A stretch of DNA of 64,000 nucleotides from an uncultured bacterium. Lineage in GTDB: Bacteria > Edwardsbacteria > AC1 > EtOH8. How positions within the stretch are numbered: position 1 is the first letter of the stretch; each line of letters begins with the position of its first letter. Shown here one piece after another: positions 26,435 to 36,281 of the stretch. The position numbers were made by a program, and so were the translations under genes. Under the pieces are notes generated by a model. It worked only from the letters and a program-made list of their open reading frames with translations, was not told the DNA's origin and did not search any database. The stretch covers positions 60,518 to 124,517 of the forward strand of contig CAZFJC010000004.1 in the NCBI GenBank assembly GCA_964518765.1. Reading direction: 5' to 3'.

Positions 26435-27792
26435 AGATACTCTGCCTACTGTCGTCCGCCCTGTTATGGCTAGCTCCGGCCTGGGGCCAATCGATGCAAA
26501 ACTGGCAACCTCCCGCCCCCAAACGGACCATCCTGGGCAATAAATTGACGGTCATCACCCTCGATCGCCCCTCCTCCCAGATGGTGACACTTTCGGCCAT
26601 GGTCCGTGGGGGAAGCGCTGCCGATCCCGACAGCCTTCCCGGCCTGGCAAGCTTCGCCGTCTCTATGCTGACCGAGGGCACCCTGCGGAGAAACGCCGAA
26701 CAGATCGCTTCGGAGATAGACTTTCGAGGCGCCCGGCTGGAGGCCGACTGCGACCATGACGCCAGCTATCTCACCCTAACCTGTCTGTCCCGCGACCTGG
26801 AAAGCCTACTGCCGCTTTTTTTTGAGGTATTGACCAAACCGTCATTTCGAAAAGAGGAGACCGAGATAGTTCGTCGTCAGACTTTATCATCCCTGCAACT
26901 ACACCAGGACCGCCCCCGCCAGATATCGGAGCAGCTCTTCGATTCCCTGCTCTACGGGAGCCACCCCTATGGGCACCCGGTGTTGGGCCGGACCCAGGGG
27001 ATCCAAATTATAATGCCCGAACACCTGCGGCGATTCCATCAGACATATTTTCGTCCCCATAACACCTGCCTGGCCATCGCCGGCTCTTTCTCCCACCGCC
27101 GCCTTCTCTCCTCGATCCGACATCTGACGGCCGATTGGCAGCCGGGGCCGTCACCCAAGATAGATCCTCCCCCGCCGCCCCCGGCCGCCAGACCCAAAGC
27201 GTTGCTGCTTCACCGCCCCCTGAGTCAGGCCTACATTACCCTGGGCTTCTGGGGGCCGTCACGGAACGACCCCGACTTTCAGGCCGTCCGATTGATGAAT
27301 TACATCCTGGGTGGTGGCGGCTTCAGCTCCCGAATCACCAAATCGGTCAGGGTGGAACACGGCCTGGCCTATGACGTCGACTCTTACTTCGAACCCCGGG
27401 TCGGACCCGGACCCTACCGTTTCACCGTACAGACCAAAACTGCTTCGGCCGACACTGCCATCAAGCTTATGCTGCACCAAATGCGTCGCCTGGCGGCAGA
27501 GCCCGTCTCCGAATCCGAATTGAAAGAGGCCAAGGATTATATTCTGGGCAGCTATCCCTTTCGTTTCGAGACCAACGAACAGATCGTCAGGCAATATCTG
27601 GCCGCGGAGCTATACGGCCAGGGATACGATTACTTTGCCCAAGATCTCAAAAAAACCGCCGCCGCCACTGCCCGAGAACTTCTGGCCTCGGCCCAACGTC
27701 TGCTTCGCCCCCGAGATTTCTACCTGGCGGTGGTCGGAGACACCACCCAGCTACGACTCGACATCGACGGTCTTATCTTGGAGAGGCGATGA
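26431..27792 (+). CDS. M16 peptidase non-catalytic partner subunit, exported
   Basis: M16 fold motifs (GLASFAVSMLTEGT, ILGGGGFSSR, VRVEHGLAY) but no HxxEH; ATGA overlap. Confidence 0.9.
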   Translation: MKILCLLSSALLWLAPAWGQSMQNWQPPAPKRTILGNKLTVITLDRPSSQMVTLSAMVRGGSAADPDSLPGLASFAVSMLTEGTLRRNAEQIASEIDFRGARLEADCDHDASYLTLTCLSRDLESLLPLFFEVLTKPSFRKEETEIVRRQTLSSLQLHQDRPRQISEQLFDSLLYGSHPYGHPVLGRTQGIQIIMPEHLRRFHQTYFRPHNTCLAIAGSFSHRRLLSSIRHLTADWQPGPSPKIDPPPPPPAARPKALLLHRPLSQAYITLGFWGPSRNDPDFQAVRLMNYILGGGGFSSRITKSVRVEHGLAYDVDSYFEPRVGPGPYRFTVQTKTASADTAIKLMLHQMRRLAAEPVSESELKEAKDYILGSYPFRFETNEQIVRQYLAAELYGQGYDYFAQDLKKTAAATARELLASAQRLLRPRDFYLAVVGDTTQLRLDIDGLILERR

Positions 27793-27833
27793 AAGACAGG
27801 GGCCTCCCATGGTGATGGGAGGCCCCTATCTTT
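27792..27833. terminator. Bidirectional terminator between convergent genes
   Basis: AGGGGCCTCCCAT-GGTG-ATGGGAGGCCCCT flanked by AAAGA/TCTTT. Confidence 0.8.
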
Positions 27834-27846
27834 GTTTGTCGCTGGC

Positions 27847-28224
27847 TCAGCCAGCTTTTCCCTCCTCGGAAGGTGCGGAAAGGTCGTCCAGGCTCAACTC
27901 GTGGAAGCGCGATCCGCCCAGCTGCTGGGTCCTTAGGGCATCGCCTGGCGGCGCCATCGAGGACAGCTCGTCCAGGCTCAACTCCTTGCTTCCGGCCGCG
28001 ATGCGGAAGGCGGCGTCCTGGATCGGTTCGACCTCCTTGGCCGCCGGCTCGGCCGCTCCTCCCCCGCCCTCGATCACCATCGATACCTTGCCGTAATGCT
28101 CGATGCCCAGCCCCTCGGCCGGGCCCTGGCTGCCGGACGTTTGCAGCGGCAGCAGGCTGTCGATCCTGGAGGATGGCCTCTTCTCCCTCAGGGCCGCTTC
28201 GATCCTCCTCGTCGCCTCGTCCAT
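27847..28224 (-). CDS. Hypothetical acidic protein
   Basis: SD AGGAGG, starts 4 nt after the TPR gene stop; internal ELSLDELS/ELSLDDLS repeat. Confidence 0.55.
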   Translation of the reverse strand: MDEATRRIEAALREKRPSSRIDSLLPLQTSGSQGPAEGLGIEHYGKVSMVIEGGGGAAEPAAKEVEPIQDAAFRIAAGSKELSLDELSSMAPPGDALRTQQLGGSRFHELSLDDLSAPSEEGKAG

Positions 28225-28228
28225 TATC

Positions 28229-29806
28229 TCATACCCTCCTGGCCCGGTAGGTGGCCAGCTTGCGCCTCGCCTCCTCGTGGGTGGGCTGCAGAACCAGCAC
28301 CTTCTCCCAGGACTTAATGGCGGCCTCGAATTTCTCGGTCTCCTCGTAGGCCAGGCCCAGGTTGAAGTAGGCCAAGGAGTAGTCCTCCCTCTTTGCGATG
28401 GCTTGGTTGAAAAGCTCCACCGCTTGCTGGAAATCCTTGCGAACCTTGTAAAGGCATCCCAGGTTGTTGTAGGCCTCCGGCGAGTCGGGCGAGAGCTCTA
28501 TGGCCTTCCTGAAGGCGGCCACCGCCTCGTCCTTCCGTCCCAGATCTGACAGGGTCAGCCCTAGGTTGTTGTAGACTTCGGCAAAGTCGGGTTTGATCTC
28601 CAGGGCCATCAGGAACTCCTTCTCGGCCGCCGCCAGCTCCCGACGGTGGAAGAACATGACCCCCCGCTCGTTGTGTTCCTCGGCCTCGCGCCGCCTCCGC
28701 TCGTTGCTTGAGGCCCTCTGTTCATTGCGCTGCGCCTCCAACAGGTTCTGGATGGACTGCTGGAGCTCCACCATCTTGCCACCTACCGACTCCAGTTCCG
28801 CCTGACGTTTTGCTTCGGCCTCGGCATAGCTCTTGAGTGCGGCCTCCAGCCTCTCCAGCAAGCCGGAGAGGGCGTTGTCCGAGGAGCGGCCGACGACAGC
28901 CGTTTCGATCGACTCCTTCAGGCCCTGGGTGATGGCGCCGGCCATGGCCTCCTGTTTTGAGCCCAAGGACTCCAAAAGCCGGGCCTGCTTGTCTCCCTCG
29001 GCCGCCCTCTTCTGGTGGTCCTCCAGCATCAGCTCCAGAATGTCGCCGAACTTTGACTGTGAGTTGTTGAGCGACTCCTTTATCTCACCTGCGGCCTTAA
29101 CTAGTTCGGCAAATGCTTCGGCGCCCTTGTCCTCGCCCCTGGTTGAAACCTTATCCTTAAGGCCGTCCAGCGCGTCCCGTATCTCGGTCAGCCTTTCCTG
29201 CACCGACTGCCAAGACTTCGATTGGGAATCGCCTTCGGCCGCCCTCCTCTGGTGGTCCTCCAGCATCAGCTCCAGAATATCACCGAACTTCGTCTGGTTC
29301 AAATTAAGCGCCTCCTTGATCTCGGCCAGGGGCTGGGCCAAGGACTGGGTCTCTGCCGGGGCCTTCATCTGGTCCACCAGGGAGGCGAGTTTTGAGCTCA
29401 GTTCGTCCAGCTTGAAGCCCAGCTGGGCCATGGCCTGGCTGTCCCCCCCGGACGACGTGCCAGAGATCCCCTTGATCGCCTCGTTTAGATGCTGCAACAA
29501 GTCGTTGTGGGTGTCGGCTTTCTTCAGCACGTGCAGCAGAGAGGCCACCATGCTCTCTCGGGTCTCTTTGATCTCGGCGCCCAGGTCCTCGCTCCCGGAC
29601 CGGGGTATGGGCTCGATCGGAAGCTTGGTATCTATCATCGGCAGGGAGCAGCGGCCAGCCTGAACGTCGTAGATCTCGCATTCCTGCCTGAGGCATTCCC
29701 TCAGCTCCTGTCCCGGGGTCTCCCTCTCGTCGATGATCGTCCCGGTGGCGTCGCGGGTGATCTCCCGAGTTAGCCTCTGAACTGCGATGAAGGGGCATTT
29801 GCCCAT
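28229..29806 (-). CDS. Cys-motif / coiled-coil repeat / TPR protein
   Basis: SD GGAGG; N-terminal CPF...C-x4-C-x9-C; duplicated KFGDILELMLEDHQ; several AEVYNNLG-type TPRs. Confidence 0.85.
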   Translation of the reverse strand: MGKCPFIAVQRLTREITRDATGTIIDERETPGQELRECLRQECEIYDVQAGRCSLPMIDTKLPIEPIPRSGSEDLGAEIKETRESMVASLLHVLKKADTHNDLLQHLNEAIKGISGTSSGGDSQAMAQLGFKLDELSSKLASLVDQMKAPAETQSLAQPLAEIKEALNLNQTKFGDILELMLEDHQRRAAEGDSQSKSWQSVQERLTEIRDALDGLKDKVSTRGEDKGAEAFAELVKAAGEIKESLNNSQSKFGDILELMLEDHQKRAAEGDKQARLLESLGSKQEAMAGAITQGLKESIETAVVGRSSDNALSGLLERLEAALKSYAEAEAKRQAELESVGGKMVELQQSIQNLLEAQRNEQRASSNERRRREAEEHNERGVMFFHRRELAAAEKEFLMALEIKPDFAEVYNNLGLTLSDLGRKDEAVAAFRKAIELSPDSPEAYNNLGCLYKVRKDFQQAVELFNQAIAKREDYSLAYFNLGLAYEETEKFEAAIKSWEKVLVLQPTHEEARRKLATYRARRV

Positions 29807-29833
29807 GGTCGCCTCCTCTGGGTTTACCCTAAT

Positions 29834-29862
29834 AAGATAGCACAATCGGATGGATTCGTCAA
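29834..29862 (-). promoter_or_regulatory. sigma70 promoter of the TPR gene
   Basis: TTGACG-N17-TATCTT with extended TG. Confidence 0.6.
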
Positions 29863-29884
29863 CAGCAAAAATTGGACGAGGACC

Positions 29885-30823
29885 TCAGCCCAGGGCCAGC
29901 ATCCTTTCCAGCGCTAGGCGAGCCAGGTCCGCCGTCCCTGACGGGATCGTCACCTCCCCGGCCTCGTGTTCCAGCGCCCAGGCCACCTTGGGGAGTGTGG
30001 TCAGCTTCATATTGGCGCACACCGACGCCTCGGCCAACGGATGTATCCCCTTATCGGGATAGGCCTGGGCAAGCTGTTCTACCAAGCCCATCTCGGTCCC
30101 TATTATCCACTCACCGACCTCGTGATGTTCCCTGACCGCCTTCACCATGCCCGAGGTCGAGGCCACCTCGTCGCCCAGATCCACTACCTCGGGCCGGCAC
30201 TCGGGATGGACGATCAGCCTGGCCCCGGGGTGACGCTCCCTGGCCTTGTGGACGTCCTGCGCCGTGAATCGGTCGTGGACATAGCAATGCCCCGGCCATA
30301 GGATCATCTCCCGACCTGACATCCTGGCCGTATAGGAACCCAGGTTCTGGTCGGGAACGAAGAGGATCCTGTCGCTTTGGGGCAGCGACTTCACCACTCT
30401 GACAGCATTCGAAGAGGTGCAGCAGATGTCGCTCTCCGCCTTGACCGCAGCCGAGGTATTGACGTAGGCCACCACCCTGGGATTACCGTACCCCTCCCTG
30501 GCGGCTCGCAGAGCCTGGGGGGTGGCCATGTCGGCCATGGGGCAGCCGGCGCCGGCGTCGGGCATGATTACCTTGCTCTCCGGGTTTAGGATCTTGGCCG
30601 TCTCGGCCATGAAGCGGACGCCACAGAACACTATCAACCTGGCCCTGGCGTTGGCCGCGGCCTGGGCCAAAGCCAGCGAGTCCCCGATGTGGTCGGCCAG
30701 CCTTTGGACCTCCAGGCGCTGGTAGTTGTGCACCAGAAACAGCGCCCCCCGCTCATTCTTCATGGCGGCGATGGAGTGATAGAGCTGGTCGGTCGACAGC
30801 CGGCGATATTCATCCAGAGTCAT
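29885..30823 (-). CDS. nadA: Quinolinate synthase
   Basis: HNYQ, GDSLAL, FCGVRFMAETAK, three Cys in CPMA, CYVH, CANMK. Confidence 0.95.
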   Translation of the reverse strand: MTLDEYRRLSTDQLYHSIAAMKNERGALFLVHNYQRLEVQRLADHIGDSLALAQAAANARARLIVFCGVRFMAETAKILNPESKVIMPDAGAGCPMADMATPQALRAAREGYGNPRVVAYVNTSAAVKAESDICCTSSNAVRVVKSLPQSDRILFVPDQNLGSYTARMSGREMILWPGHCYVHDRFTAQDVHKARERHPGARLIVHPECRPEVVDLGDEVASTSGMVKAVREHHEVGEWIIGTEMGLVEQLAQAYPDKGIHPLAEASVCANMKLTTLPKVAWALEHEAGEVTIPSGTADLARLALERMLALG

Positions 30824-31890
30824 GTGGCGAAGACCTTATTGTTTATCATCTCCTCCAGTTGCCTGCCAGCCCCTGATGGCATAAGCTCCATTTCGATGCC
30901 AAGAACCAGCAGCCTTGCCCCAAGACGCCATCCTTCTGGCAGGCGGACTGCATCCTTCTCGGTGGTCACCACAGCTTCGAAGCTGTTGCCGGCCGCCTCT
31001 ATCCTTTCCAGATCGGCCTTTCCATACCAGTGATGGTCCGGAAACCTCAGGTGTCCGGCGACGGCCAGATCCGCCTGGCGGGCGATGGCCTCGAAGGATT
31101 CGGGCCGGGCTATCCCCGAAAAAAGCAGTACCTTTCCTCTAATTGCCGTTGGTGCCGATTCCCTTGTCCCCGACCGCCAATCATCTATGCTTGCCAGCGG
31201 GAGCGGACGGTGATGGGCTTGGTATACTGGAACCGCTGGACTTAGAGAATTTCTAAACCGATCGTCGATATTAACTCCATCAGACCTGGTCAGCACCAAA
31301 ACATCGGCCCGTTTGAGCGATCTCGGCCCCTCTCTCAGCCTTCCGGCCGGTAGTAGCTGGCTGTTGTCCAGCGGTTTCTCGGCGTCGAGAAGCACGATGT
31401 CCAGATCTCGGTGCAGGCGGCGGTGCTGGAATCCATCGTCCAGGATGACAACCTCGGCCCCCAAAGATTCCGCCATATCCGCCGCCGCCCGCCGGTCGGC
31501 GCAGACGACAACCATGACCCTGCCGCCCTCAGCGTTCAAAAGGCTCCGGGCGATGAGATACGGCTCATCACCGGCACTGCCGACGTCACACCTGATCTCC
31601 TTCCCGTCGCTCACCAGCAGCGGTTCCTTGGAGGGCCTCTCTCGGCGGTACCCCCTAGATACCACCGCCACCCGGCGGCCCGCCCGCGACAGCATTCTGG
31701 CCAGCATCACGGTAAATGGCGTCTTGCCGGTGCCGCCGGTGGTGATGTTTCCGATCGAGATCACCGGCACCCCGGCCCGCTGCGCCGCCAGAATCTTGCG
31801 GTCGTAAAGAAAGTTCCTGGCCGACACCGCCGCCAAATAGGGTAGGCTTAAGGGCCACAGAAGCGGTGATACAAAGCTTTCAGCCGCCAT
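30820..31890 (-). CDS. lpxK: Tetraacyldisaccharide 4'-kinase
   Basis: ISIGNITTGGTGKTP, SRGY, GDEP, LDDGFQH, PAGRLRE. Confidence 0.95.
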   Translation of the reverse strand: MAAESFVSPLLWPLSLPYLAAVSARNFLYDRKILAAQRAGVPVISIGNITTGGTGKTPFTVMLARMLSRAGRRVAVVSRGYRRERPSKEPLLVSDGKEIRCDVGSAGDEPYLIARSLLNAEGGRVMVVVCADRRAAADMAESLGAEVVILDDGFQHRRLHRDLDIVLLDAEKPLDNSQLLPAGRLREGPRSLKRADVLVLTRSDGVNIDDRFRNSLSPAVPVYQAHHRPLPLASIDDWRSGTRESAPTAIRGKVLLFSGIARPESFEAIARQADLAVAGHLRFPDHHWYGKADLERIEAAGNSFEAVVTTEKDAVRLPEGWRLGARLLVLGIEMELMPSGAGRQLEEMINNKVFAT

Positions 31891-32902
31891 GCCCTACATT
31901 CGCCAGGCGCCCCAGCCTGTCGAGCAATTCATTGACCTGGTCGCTCGTCTCCGCCTTCATCATCTCCTGCCGAAGCCTAGCCGCCCCCGGCATCCCCTTG
32001 ATGTACCAGCCCAAATGCTTGCGCATCTCTAAAATCCCACGGACCTCACCCTTGACCTCGATCATCAATTTCAGGTGCTCGCCTATCACCGCCCTCCTTC
32101 GGATCCATTCTGCCACCCCGCCCGGCGGCCCGCCTTCTCTAAAATCCAGGGCCTGGTTGATCTCCGAAAAGATCCATGGTGCCCCCAGGGCGGCCCGGCC
32201 GACCATGACCAGATGACAGCCTGTCTCCTCCATCATCCTCGTGGCATCCAAGCCGGACCTGACGTCTCCGTTACCTATGACCGGGATGGACACCTTTTCC
32301 CTGACCCTGGCGATCATCGTCCAATCTGCCTGTCCAGAGAACATCTGCCCCCGCGTTCTCCCATGCACGGCGATGGCCGCTACCCCGCTGTCCTCAAGTA
32401 TCCTGGCAATCTCCACCGCGTTCTCGGCGCCTATCTCCCAGCCGCTGCGTATCTTGGCCAGCACCGGCCGGTCCGAGGCCCCGACCGCGGCCCGAGCGAC
32501 GGCCTCGACCTTCCCCGGCTCGCGGAGCAGAGCCGAGCCGCCTCCGCTGCGGACCACCTTGGGGGCCGGGCACCCGAAATTAAGGTCGAAGAAATCGGGG
32601 CCGTCCCGGCCAAAGGCCCTGACCGCCTCGGCAAAGGCCTCGGGCCTGGAGCCGAAAAGCTGTAGGGCTACCGGCCTTTCCTCGGAACGGAATTCCGCCA
32701 TCCGCCAGGTCTTCCCATGGCCTCGGGCCAGGCCCTCGGCCGAGAGCATCTCGGTATATACCATGCTGGCCCCCTGTCTCCGGCACAGCAGGCGGAAGGG
32801 AGAATCGGTGATACCGGCCATAGGGGCCAGCACCGCCCGGCCGTTCAGTCGACCGGGGTCGAAGCGCACCCCGGTGCGAACCGCCGGCTGTTCGGAAGCC
32901 AT
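31880..32902 (-). CDS. dusB: tRNA dihydrouridine synthase (DusB-like)
   Basis: LAPMAGITD, DLNFGCP, VHGRTR, IGNGDV, RKHLGWY. Confidence 0.9.
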   Translation of the reverse strand: MASEQPAVRTGVRFDPGRLNGRAVLAPMAGITDSPFRLLCRRQGASMVYTEMLSAEGLARGHGKTWRMAEFRSEERPVALQLFGSRPEAFAEAVRAFGRDGPDFFDLNFGCPAPKVVRSGGGSALLREPGKVEAVARAAVGASDRPVLAKIRSGWEIGAENAVEIARILEDSGVAAIAVHGRTRGQMFSGQADWTMIARVREKVSIPVIGNGDVRSGLDATRMMEETGCHLVMVGRAALGAPWIFSEINQALDFREGGPPGGVAEWIRRRAVIGEHLKLMIEVKGEVRGILEMRKHLGWYIKGMPGAARLRQEMMKAETSDQVNELLDRLGRLANVGHGG

Positions 32903-32910
32903 GAGCGAGT

Positions 32911-34323
32911 TCAATAGGCTCCACGCCCCATGAGCATGGTGGGTATGGTCTTCAGGATGATGTCTATGTCCAGCAGGAACGACCAGTTCTCCAGATAGTA
33001 GATGTCCAGGAGGGCCATCTCGTCGAAGCTCAGCTCGCTCCTTCCGGAGATCTGCCAGAGACCGGTCAAGCCCTGTGGCCCGCGGTAGCGGTTGTGGTGC
33101 CAGGGCCGGTATTGCTTGACCTCTTCGGGCAGGGCCGGCCGCGGGCCCACCAGGCTCATCTCCCCCCGCCAGACGTTCACTAGTTGGGGAAGCTCGTCTA
33201 TGCTGAAGCGGCGCAGCCACCAGCCGACGTTGGTCACCCGCGGGTCCTTCTTCATTTTGAAGATGGGCCCCTCCACCTCGTTCAGGTCGGCCAGCGAATC
33301 CCTTTCCTCCCCGGACTCGGCCCGCATGGTGCGGAACTTCAGCATGGTAAAGGTTCTGCCACCCTGCCCCACCCGCTGCTGTCGGAAGAAGACCCCACCC
33401 CGGCTTTCGGCAGCCACCAGCACGGCCACCAGGGCGAACAGGGGCGAGAGCAGGGCCAGGGCCAGCCCGGAGACGGCCATGTCGGTCAGCCTCTTGGCGG
33501 CGCGCCCCAATGCCCCCGGCCCATCCTGGCCCTGGCTGACCAGCGAGACGCCGGCTACGTCCGAGATGTGGGCGGCCCGCAACAGGATGTCTACCTGATG
33601 GGAGACCAGGCGCAGGCTGATGCCACGGCGCTGGCAGAGCTCGATGATGTATTGGTGCCGCTCTATCTCTTGGATAAGGCCGGGTATAAACACCTGGTCG
33701 ATCCTGCCGCCCTCGACCTGGCCTTGGAAATCCGAGGCCAGGCCCACCGCCCTCACCCCCCGGTAACGGAAGCCCAGCTCCCCCGGCGTTTCGGCCAGAC
33801 AGCCGACGATCTGGTATCCGATGGCCCGGTTAAGTATCAGGTGGTCGATGATCAGTTTGGCCTCGGGCCCGGTCCCATAGATGACGGTGCGCTGCAGCCC
33901 CCAGCCGCGACGCATCAGGGGCTGGTTGAGCAGTCGCAGCAGCCACCGCCCCGCCAGCAGCACCGCCGGGGCCAGCAGGAAATAGCTGAAGATGATGCTA
34001 CGCGAATAAAGGAAGCCCTCGGTGGTGAAGACTAGCATCACCGAGGCCAGCAGGCCGTAGCCGGACACCCGGCAGAGGGAGAGGAATTGGTCGGAGAGGC
34101 GCTGCTTGAACGACTTGATGGCGCTGCGCTGCAGGGACAGGATGGCCAATAGTATCAGAGGCACCATCCAACGTTGCTGCCAGGTGGAATGGAGCGGCAT
34201 GGACCGGCCGATGATCCTGAAGATGAACCACCAGACGATCTGGGTGTTGATGAATGCCAGGGCGACGTCTAGGCCGAAGGTTATCAGGGCAAAGATCCTG
34301 GCCCATTTGTCCCTAAGGTTCAT
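32911..34323 (-). CDS. Polyprenyl glycosylphosphotransferase (WcaJ/WbaP-type)
   Basis: KRLTD, F.QQRVG, KFRTM, DPRVT, SIDELPQL.NV.RGEMSLVGPRP. Confidence 0.93.
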   Translation of the reverse strand: MNLRDKWARIFALITFGLDVALAFINTQIVWWFIFRIIGRSMPLHSTWQQRWMVPLILLAILSLQRSAIKSFKQRLSDQFLSLCRVSGYGLLASVMLVFTTEGFLYSRSIIFSYFLLAPAVLLAGRWLLRLLNQPLMRRGWGLQRTVIYGTGPEAKLIIDHLILNRAIGYQIVGCLAETPGELGFRYRGVRAVGLASDFQGQVEGGRIDQVFIPGLIQEIERHQYIIELCQRRGISLRLVSHQVDILLRAAHISDVAGVSLVSQGQDGPGALGRAAKRLTDMAVSGLALALLSPLFALVAVLVAAESRGGVFFRQQRVGQGGRTFTMLKFRTMRAESGEERDSLADLNEVEGPIFKMKKDPRVTNVGWWLRRFSIDELPQLVNVWRGEMSLVGPRPALPEEVKQYRPWHHNRYRGPQGLTGLWQISGRSELSFDEMALLDIYYLENWSFLLDIDIILKTIPTMLMGRGAY

Positions 34324-34426
34324 AAGTCCGATGGCGATTGCTCGAATAACGTTTCGGGAGCGTCCGGCGCCCTTGACGCTTCCCCTGAGGTTGATCGCGC
34401 CTGACGGCGGGGGCGCCTGACATGTA

Positions 34427-34454
34427 ACGAGGCCGTCCCAGGGGACGGCCTCGT
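34427..34454. terminator. Perfect hairpin downstream of gcvPA
   Basis: ACGAGGCCGTCC-CAGG-GGACGGCCTCGT; no U-tract. Confidence 0.5.
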
Positions 34455-34463
34455 CGCTGGATC

Positions 34464-35777
34464 TCAGCCTCCCGCCAGGCCAGCGGCCAGCCGGTCCATC
34501 TGCTCGCGGGTCCTTTTCTCGGTGACCGCCACCAGGAGGTGGCCCTTCATCTCCGGATAGTGTCGCTCCAGCCGGATCCCGCCCAGGATCCCGTCTCTCT
34601 CCAGGGCGGCCAACCTATCCTCCAGCCCGTTTACCTTGACGGCGAACTCCCGGAAGAACGGGGCCTTGAAGGCCGGATTTAATTTCTCCGCCAGGTAATG
34701 GGCCTTCTGCAGGCAGAGTTCGGCCACCCTCTTCAGGCCCGATTTTCCCAGCAGGCTCAAGTAGACGGTGGCCGCCAGGGCGCAGAGGGCCTGGTTGGAA
34801 CAGATGTTGGAGGTGGCCTTCTCCCGTCGGATGTGCTGCTCCCGGGCCTGCATGGTCAGCACCAGCCCCTCCCGCCCGTCGGCGGCAGTGGTTAGGCCGA
34901 CGATCCTGCCGGGCATCAGCCTGAGGAAGGCCTGGCGGGCGGCCATCAGCCCCAAGTAGGGGCCGCCAAAGTTGGGCGCCATGCCCAACGGCTGTCCCTC
35001 GCCGGTGGCGATGTCGGCCCCGTACTTCCCGGGCGGCTCCAGGATCCCTAGGGAGATGGGGTCGGTTGAGACGGCGAACAGAGCCCCGGCCTGGTGGGCC
35101 ATCCGGCCCATCTCCTCCACCGGCTCCAGGCAGCCGAGAAAATTGGGATGCTGGACCAGTAAGCCGGCGGCGCCGTCCAGCTTCGATTTCAGGTCGCCGA
35201 GATCGGTCACCCCGTCCGTCCTCCCCGCCTCCGCCACCTCGATACCTAAGCCACGACAATAGGTCCGCAGCACCTGCCGATAGGAGGGGTTGACCAAAGA
35301 GGAAACCACCAGCTTCCTTCTCTTGGTATGGCTGCAGGCCATCAGCCCGGCCTCGGCCAGGGCGGTGGCCCCGTCGTACATAGAGGCGTTGGCCAAGTCC
35401 ATGCCCGTCAGGCCGGCCACCAGAGACTGGAACTCGTAGATGGCCTGCAAAGTGCCCTGGCTGACCTCGGCCTGGTACGGGGTGTAGGCGGTGTAGAACT
35501 CGGAGCGCAGCAGGATGTGATCCACCGCGGCCGGGACATAGTGATCGTAGGCCCCGCCGCCCAGAAAGGACACCAGGCCTGAGGCCGGACGGTTGGCGGC
35601 GGCCAGCTTCGCCACCTGGTCCACCGTCTCCAGTTCCGAAAGGCCGGCCGGAAGTTTTATCTCCGCCTTGGAGCGTATCTCCTCGGGGATGTCAGCCACC
35701 AGCTCCTCGAAGCTTTTCACCCCGATCCTCTGGAGCATTGCCTCGACGTCAGCCTTGGTATTCGGCAGGTATGACAT
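34464..35777 (-). CDS. gcvPA: Glycine dehydrogenase (decarboxylating) subunit 1
   Basis: FLGGGAY, EFYTAYTPYQAEVSQG, ANASMYDG, REQHIRREKATSNICSNQAL; 437 aa. Confidence 0.95.
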   Translation of the reverse strand: MSYLPNTKADVEAMLQRIGVKSFEELVADIPEEIRSKAEIKLPAGLSELETVDQVAKLAAANRPASGLVSFLGGGAYDHYVPAAVDHILLRSEFYTAYTPYQAEVSQGTLQAIYEFQSLVAGLTGMDLANASMYDGATALAEAGLMACSHTKRRKLVVSSLVNPSYRQVLRTYCRGLGIEVAEAGRTDGVTDLGDLKSKLDGAAGLLVQHPNFLGCLEPVEEMGRMAHQAGALFAVSTDPISLGILEPPGKYGADIATGEGQPLGMAPNFGGPYLGLMAARQAFLRLMPGRIVGLTTAADGREGLVLTMQAREQHIRREKATSNICSNQALCALAATVYLSLLGKSGLKRVAELCLQKAHYLAEKLNPAFKAPFFREFAVKVNGLEDRLAALERDGILGGIRLERHYPEMKGHLLVAVTEKRTREQMDRLAAGLAGG

Positions 35778-35849
35778 AATTAACCTTGAACATCAAAACG
35801 TTTTGAACTTATCAACCTTAAAAACGATTTCGGGCTTCGTGCTCGGTAG

Positions 35850-36236
35850 TTAGTGCCCGTGTTTCTCCATGGCCTGGTAGCTGGCGGCGTCCATCAGGGT
35901 GTTGGCTTCGGACGGGTCGGACAGCTTGATCTTGACCATCCAGCCGCCGCCGTAGCAGTCCTTATTGACGGTGTCCGGGGCCTTCTCCAGATCCCCGTTG
36001 ACCGCCGTCACCTCGCCCGAGGCCGGGGCGTTCAGGTCGGAGACCGCCTTGACCGCCTCCACCGTGCCCAGCGGTTTGCCCTTCTCCACCTTGGCCCCCA
36101 CCTGGGGCAGCTCCACGAAGACGATATCCCCCAGCTCGCTCTGGGCAAAGTCGGTGATGCCCATGGTGCCGGTGTCGCCCTCGATGCGGATCCACTCATG
36201 GCTCTCGGTGTACCTCAGATCGCTCGGAATATTCAT
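35850..36236 (-). CDS. gcvH: Glycine cleavage H protein
   Basis: YTESHEW, GITDFAQSELGDIVFV, VEAVKAVS lipoyl Lys. Confidence 0.96.
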   Translation of the reverse strand: MNIPSDLRYTESHEWIRIEGDTGTMGITDFAQSELGDIVFVELPQVGAKVEKGKPLGTVEAVKAVSDLNAPASGEVTAVNGDLEKAPDTVNKDCYGGGWMVKIKLSDPSEANTLMDAASYQAMEKHGH

Positions 36237-36281
36237 GTTATCTCCGTAAGATTGTAATTTTGTAATTTGGTTTTTGAGATT

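Noticed and set aside
34324-34463. Glycine riboswitch near the gcv genes
   Set aside because: CTCAGG present but lacks the GGAGA/CCGAAG core and lies downstream of gcvPA; no room upstream of gcvT (13-nt gap)
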